Of a stretch of DNA of 64,000 nucleotides, positions 59,469 through 64,000 are shown piece by piece (the stretch's first letter is position 1; each line of letters opens with the position of its first letter). Where the stretch lies: assembly GCA_965248695.1 (NCBI GenBank), contig CBDFKD010000002.1, forward strand, positions 576,001 through 640,000, in the 5' to 3' direction. The notes beneath the pieces are model-generated. The model made no database searches and had not been told where the DNA came from. It saw nothing but the letters and a program-made list of their open reading frames with translations. This DNA is from Acidobacteriota bacterium (GTDB lineage: Bacteria > Acidobacteriota > UBA890 > WLXD01). The position numbers and the translations under genes were made by a program.

Positions 59469-60302
59469 CTACCGTTGACAGCGCGGGCAGTAGTACGTCG
59501 ACCGCCCCGCCTGGACGATTCGCCGGATCGTCGCCGCGCATCGTCGACACTCGTCACCGGCGCGATCGTAGACCTGCAGTCGCACTGCAAAGTAGCCGCG
59601 ATCTCCATCGACATCACGAAAGTCGCTGAGCGTAGTGCCACCTTGCTGTAGGGCGGCCCCGAGCACCTCGAGGCACGCGGCGTGCAGACGGTGCCAGCGA
59701 GCCGCCGCGATCCGGCCGCTAGCCGTCCTCGGGTGGATGCGAGCTAGCCACAGAGCTTCGCTGGCGTAGATGTTGCCGATCCCGGTGACCGTGCGGGCGT
59801 CCATAAGTAGATTCTTGACCGGACGTCGGCGACCTCGAGCCGCGGCGTGCAGATACTCGGGCGTGAAGCTGGCGCCCAGGGGGTCTGGGCCGAGACGGGC
59901 GAAGAGCCGATGACTATCGAGGCAGGCTCGGGAAATGACGAGCATCAAGCCGAAGCGGCGAGGATCGTTGTAGCGCAACTCCCGAGTCGACGACGGCCCT
60001 GACGACCACCAAAGACTCACGTGGTCATGCCGCAAGTGTGCCGCAGTCGGAGCGGACCAGACCAGGCGACCGCTCATGCCGAGATGGATGACGAGCACAT
60101 CGTCGGCTGACGTGTCGAGCAGCAGATACTTGGCACGCCGCCGCACGGCCTCAACGCGGCTGCCCACGAGGCGCTGCAGGGCGGCGATATCGATCGTCTC
60201 CCGTAACCGCGGCTCGCGCACCACGACGCGCTCGAGCCGTGCCCCGAGCAGCCGCGGCTCCAGTCCTTGACGAACTGTCTCGACCTCGGGCAGCTCAGGC
60301 AT
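59469..60302 (-). CDS. mutM: Formamidopyrimidine-DNA glycosylase
   Basis: MPELPEVE, RRAKYL, HLGMSG, DPRRFG, GIGNIYASE, C-terminal zinc finger CRRC..CPRCQ. Confidence 0.96.
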   Translation of the reverse strand: MPELPEVETVRQGLEPRLLGARLERVVVREPRLRETIDIAALQRLVGSRVEAVRRRAKYLLLDTSADDVLVIHLGMSGRLVWSAPTAAHLRHDHVSLWWSSGPSSTRELRYNDPRRFGLMLVISRACLDSHRLFARLGPDPLGASFTPEYLHAAARGRRRPVKNLLMDARTVTGIGNIYASEALWLARIHPRTASGRIAAARWHRLHAACLEVLGAALQQGGTTLSDFRDVDGDRGYFAVRLQVYDRAGDECRRCAATIRRIVQAGRSTYYCPRCQR

Positions 60303-60378
60303 TTGTCGGGCGGACCATCTGCCGGGCAACTGTTACGCAGCGACGGCCTCGGTTTGCGGAACGGGGGCCAATGAACGG

Positions 60379-60411
60379 AAAAAAGGGAGCGGGACGCATT
60401 CGCCCGCTCCC
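60379..60411 (-). terminator. Rho-independent terminator of the Lys-rich protein gene
   Basis: Minus strand GGGAGCGGG-N9-CCCGCTCCC followed by TTTTTT. Confidence 0.8.
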
Positions 60412-60456
60412 TCCTTTCTCGACGTTGTAGCTCGTTGTTAGGACGCGCTTCGAGAG

Positions 60457-60822
60457 TTAGCGCCGTCCCCGCTTCTTGGCAGCCTTCTTCTTGGTCGCCT
60501 TCTTCTTGGCGGCCTTCTTCTTGGTCGTCTTCTTCTTGGCGGCCTTCTTCTTGGTCGTCTTCTTCTTGGCGGCCTTCTTCTTGGTCGTCTTCTTCTTGGC
60601 GGCCTTCTTCTTGGTCGTCTTCTTCTTGGCGGCCTTCTTCTTGGTGGCCTTCTTCTTGGTCGCCTTCTTCTTGGCGGCCTTCTTCTTGGTCGTCTTCTTC
60701 TTGGCGGCCTTCTTCTTGGTCACCTTCTTTTTGGTCGCCTTCTTCTTGGCGGCTCTCTTCTTGGTCGCCTTCTTCCGAGTTGGCTTCTTCGTTTTCTTCT
60801 TCGTTTTCTTCTTCGCAGCCAC
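60457..60822 (-). CDS. Histone-H1-like Lys-rich DNA-binding protein (xxKKK pentapeptide repeats)
   Basis: GTG start after AAGGGGG; 121 aa of AAKKK/TTKKK/ATKKK repeats; has its own terminator. Confidence 0.8.
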   Translation of the reverse strand: MAAKKKTKKKTKKPTRKKATKKRAAKKKATKKKVTKKKAAKKKTTKKKAAKKKATKKKATKKKAAKKKTTKKKAAKKKTTKKKAAKKKTTKKKAAKKKTTKKKAAKKKATKKKAAKKRGRR

Positions 60823-61183
60823 CCCTAACACCCCCTTCTGATGCCCCCAAGAGATCGCGGTTGCCAGAACGGAACCGCCACGAGCCGAAATTATGTTCCA
60901 CGTATACAAGAGGTGTAAGTCGACGCACTGGATTCCTGCAAAAAATGCGCACGGCACGAAACGCTGTTCCGGTGGATTTCAGAGCCGCTGAACTCGGCGT
61001 CCGGCACGGCCAAGAAAGTGCTATTCGGTGACACCGCTGCGGGTTACATTGAGAGTTGTCTGCTCTGTCGGCCCGCGCTCCCCGCGCAAGATGAAACCGA
61101 CCGCTACGGTGCGACGTATCTCTTGGTAGGCGCACCATGAACCCGTCGCGAGAGGATCTCCGGCGGCTCGGACGAACACGACG

Positions 61184-62299
61184 ATGAGAACAGCGCGCGC
61201 GCGAATTTATCTGTCCGGTGTGCTTTTGCTATCGCTGACAACCACGATCGCCTGTGGACCAGGAGACCCGAAGGCCGCCGCCAGTGTTGCCGTTGAAGAC
61301 CCGCCGGATGTTGTCCAACCGGACGCCGTCCCGGTGGTCGTAGCAACGCTGCAGCGGGGGCCCATGGCGTCCTGGATTCTGGCGTCGGGCAATCTCGAGG
61401 CCGTCGAGCTCGTCGATGTGCTCGCGAAGGTTCCGGGGCAGGTGGACAGTCTGCTGGTGGAGGAAGGCGCCCGATTGAGCCGCGGCGACGTGATGGTCGA
61501 GCTCGATCCGAACGAATATCGTCTCGCCGCCGCGCGAGCGGAGGCCGAGGCCGACAAGAAGCGCGCTGATCTGACGCGCTACGAGCGCATGCTCACCGAG
61601 GGCGTGCTGTCGCGCGTAGACTTTGACCAAGCCAAGTACGACCTTCGCCAGGCCGAGCTCGCGCATGAACAGGCCCGCATTGATCTCGGCGAGGCTTCGG
61701 TCCGCGCCCCTATCGACGGTGTGATCAGCGCCCGGATGGTTCATCGCGGCGCTCGGGTCACGGCCAACCAACACCTGTTTACGATCGTCAATCCCGATCG
61801 ACTCTGGGTGCACGTTCACGTGCCTGAGTCCGACCTGCCCGGCTTGGCTCAAGGCCAGCACGCCGAAGTCACGACGGACGTTGTAGCGGCTACCGATTTC
61901 GAAGCGACGGTCGAGCGCATCGCGCCGGTAGTCGATCCGCAATCGGGAACTGCCAAGGTGACCGTGCGTGTCGAGAGCTCCGAGCACCTGAGGCCCGGCA
62001 TGTTCGTGAACGTGCGCATCACCACCGCGCGTCGCACCGATGCTCTGCTGTTGCCGAAGCGCGCGATCGTCTATGCAGGAGACGCGACAACCGTGTACCG
62101 AGTCGATGGCGAGGAGCCCGACCTGGAAGCCACGCAGGTTCCGGTTCGGCTGGGCTCTGGAAACGCTGAATGGGTCGAGGTCCTGAGCGGTGCAGAGCTG
62201 GGTGATCGGATCGTCACACTCGGCCACGACTCGCTGCGTACCGGCTTGCCCGTGCGACTCGTCAGCGGTGGCGCGGTGGGCCTCGCGACCGAACGCTAA
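61184..62299 (+). CDS. RND efflux periplasmic adaptor (MFP), lipoprotein
   Basis: IAC lipobox, GQVDSLLVEEG, VRAPIDGVI, VDPQSGT, LRPGMFV. Confidence 0.92.
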   Translation: MRTARARIYLSGVLLLSLTTTIACGPGDPKAAASVAVEDPPDVVQPDAVPVVVATLQRGPMASWILASGNLEAVELVDVLAKVPGQVDSLLVEEGARLSRGDVMVELDPNEYRLAAARAEAEADKKRADLTRYERMLTEGVLSRVDFDQAKYDLRQAELAHEQARIDLGEASVRAPIDGVISARMVHRGARVTANQHLFTIVNPDRLWVHVHVPESDLPGLAQGQHAEVTTDVVAATDFEATVERIAPVVDPQSGTAKVTVRVESSEHLRPGMFVNVRITTARRTDALLLPKRAIVYAGDATTVYRVDGEEPDLEATQVPVRLGSGNAEWVEVLSGAELGDRIVTLGHDSLRTGLPVRLVSGGAVGLATER

Positions 62300-62335
62300 C
62301 AGGGCGTGACGAAGGCGCCGCAGGCAGCGGCCGCG

Positions 62336-64000
62336 ATGACGGATCCCGTCGGCAGCGACAACGCTACTAGCCAGAGCTTCGCATTCACCACGCGCCGGCC
62401 GGTGGCAATTCTGATGTCGTTCCTCGCCCTGGGCGTGTTCGGCGGCGTCTCGTACAGCCTGCTGCCGTTGAACCTGATGCCGGACCTCACCTACCCCAGC
62501 CTCACGGTTCGAACGGAGTTCCCGGGCAGCGCCCCCGAAGAGGTCGAGACAGCAGTATCACGACCGGTCGAACGAGAGCTGGGAGTGGTCGCCGGCCTGG
62601 TTCGCATTTCCTCCGTTTCTCGCGCGGGGCTGTCCGACGTGATCCTCGACTTCGCGTGGGGGACAGACATGAACAGCGCCACCCAAGAGGTACGCGAGAA
62701 GCTCGACCAAGTATTCCTCCCTGACGAGGCCTCACGTCCGCTGATCCTCCGCTACGATCCGCAGCTCGACCCGGTAATTCGGCTCGGCCTGCACGGCGAG
62801 CGCGATCTGTACTTCCTGCGGGTGCACGCCGAAGAGGAGATTCGGCGCGACCTCGAATCGCTCCCGGGAGTCGCCGCCGTCAAGGTAAAAGGCGGCCTCG
62901 AGGAAGAGATTCGCGTCGAGCTCGACGAACGACGGCTGTCAACATTCCGCTTGTCGATCGCCGAAGTCGGGAGCCGTCTGGCAGCCGCCAACGTGAACCT
63001 CGCCGGCGGCAACCTCCAAGAGGGGCAAACCGAGTACGTGGTTCGCACCTTGAACGAGTTTCGCAGTCTCGATGAGATCTCGGAGATCGCCGTGGCTCTC
63101 CGTGATGGCGCGACGGTACGCGTCCGCGATGTCGGCGTTGTGTTTCGCGATCATGTCGAACGCGACGTAATCACTCGTGTGAACGGAGAGGAAAGCGTCG
63201 AGATCGCGGTCTTCAAGGAGGCGGACGCGAATATCGTCGAGGTGGCCGACACGATTCGGACCCGGGTCTTCGGCTCAGCGGCTCAACGAGCGTTCGAAAC
63301 GAAAATCTCTACCGGCGGATCGACCGAGGACCGGCGCGCTCAGGAGAGGCTGTCACGCCAGATGACCAACTACCTGGCGTACACGCTTCCCCCCGGGGTC
63401 TCGATCACCCTGCTGTCCGACCAATCGACCTTCATCGAGAACGCCATTGACGAAGTGCGCTCCACCGCTGTCTGGGGCGGGATTCTGGCGATCGTCGTGT
63501 TGTATCTGTTCCTTCGCCGGCTCGTACCGACGTTGATCATCGCCGTGGCCATCCCGGTATCGATCGTCGCCACCTTCGCGCCGATGCTACAGGTCGGCGT
63601 GTCGCTCAACATCATGAGCTTGGGCGGACTGGCGCTGGGCATCGGCATGCTGGTGGACAATTCCGTCGTGGTGCTGGAGAGCATCACTCGGTGCCGTGAG
63701 GAGGGCGACACGATGATCGCGGCGGTCATCCGCGGCACCGGCGAGGTGGGCACGGCCGTAATCGCCTCCACGCTCACCACGGTTGCCGTCTTCGCGCCGA
63801 TCGTGTTCGTGGAGGGCGTCGCCGGACAGGTCTTCGGCGATCTCTCGCTGACCGTCGTGTTCTCGCTCCTCACATCGTTGCTCGCGGCTCTGTTTCTGGT
63901 ACCGATGCTGGCGTCGCGCCCATTTCTTGCTTCGCTCGAGTCCCTCGGAACCGCGCCAGCCTCAGCGGAAGACGACGACGAGGCCCCCATCGGTCTTGCG
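62336..64000 (+). CDS. RND efflux permease (AcrB/HAE1 family); runs off right edge
   Basis: My translation: RRPVAILM..LPLNLMPDLTYPSLTVRTEFPGSAPEEVE..AIPVSIV..NIMSLGGLALGIGMLVDNSVVVLE..ASTLTTVAVFAP. Not in the ORF track. Alternative GTG start at 62306. Confidence 0.92.
   Translation, partial: MTDPVGSDNATSQSFAFTTRRPVAILMSFLALGVFGGVSYSLLPLNLMPDLTYPSLTVRTEFPGSAPEEVETAVSRPVERELGVVAGLVRISSVSRAGLSDVILDFAWGTDMNSATQEVREKLDQVFLPDEASRPLILRYDPQLDPVIRLGLHGERDLYFLRVHAEEEIRRDLESLPGVAAVKVKGGLEEEIRVELDERRLSTFRLSIAEVGSRLAAANVNLAGGNLQEGQTEYVVRTLNEFRSLDEISEIAVALRDGATVRVRDVGVVFRDHVERDVITRVNGEESVEIAVFKEADANIVEVADTIRTRVFGSAAQRAFETKISTGGSTEDRRAQERLSRQMTNYLAYTLPPGVSITLLSDQSTFIENAIDEVRSTAVWGGILAIVVLYLFLRRLVPTLIIAVAIPVSIVATFAPMLQVGVSLNIMSLGGLALGIGMLVDNSVVVLESITRCREEGDTMIAAVIRGTGEVGTAVIASTLTTVAVFAPIVFVEGVAGQVFGDLSLTVVFSLLTSLLAALFLVPMLASRPFLASLESLGTAPASAEDDDEAPIGLA

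Overview
GC-rich bacterial chromosomal window, probably Acidobacteriota: it carries a PadR plus duplicated orphan ABC permease pair, an Acidobacterial-type VWA protein and a bactofilin-methyltransferase pair. It is densely coding, and I saw no rRNA, tRNA, CRISPR array, integrase or transposase. Main content: bolA-grxD; a molybdenum hydroxylase (CoxSLM/CoxG-like) cluster with NCS1 and NCS2 permeases, a cyclase and an amidase; an M16 peptidase pair; tkt-rpiB-pgi; a heterodimeric ABC exporter; mutM; and an RND efflux pair running off the right edge. Items missing from the ORF track: (1) an Rdx/SelW-family selenoprotein with an in-frame UGA (CxxU) and a SECIS-like hairpin at 59232-59465; (2) a 278-bp nested-palindrome MITE-like insertion at a CTAG site; (3) two AT-rich islands 58 kb apart sharing exact 14-bp and 12-bp words, one in front of one of two paralogous small unknown proteins; (4) a 99-bp self-copied insertion in PadR; (5) a frameshifted secreted-protein gene; (6) edge-truncated propeller-sensor and AcrB-type genes. 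There are also two histone-H1-like Lys-rich repeat proteins, one fused to a probable dead nucleotidyltransferase fold. All family calls come from reading motifs by eye; no database searches were run.
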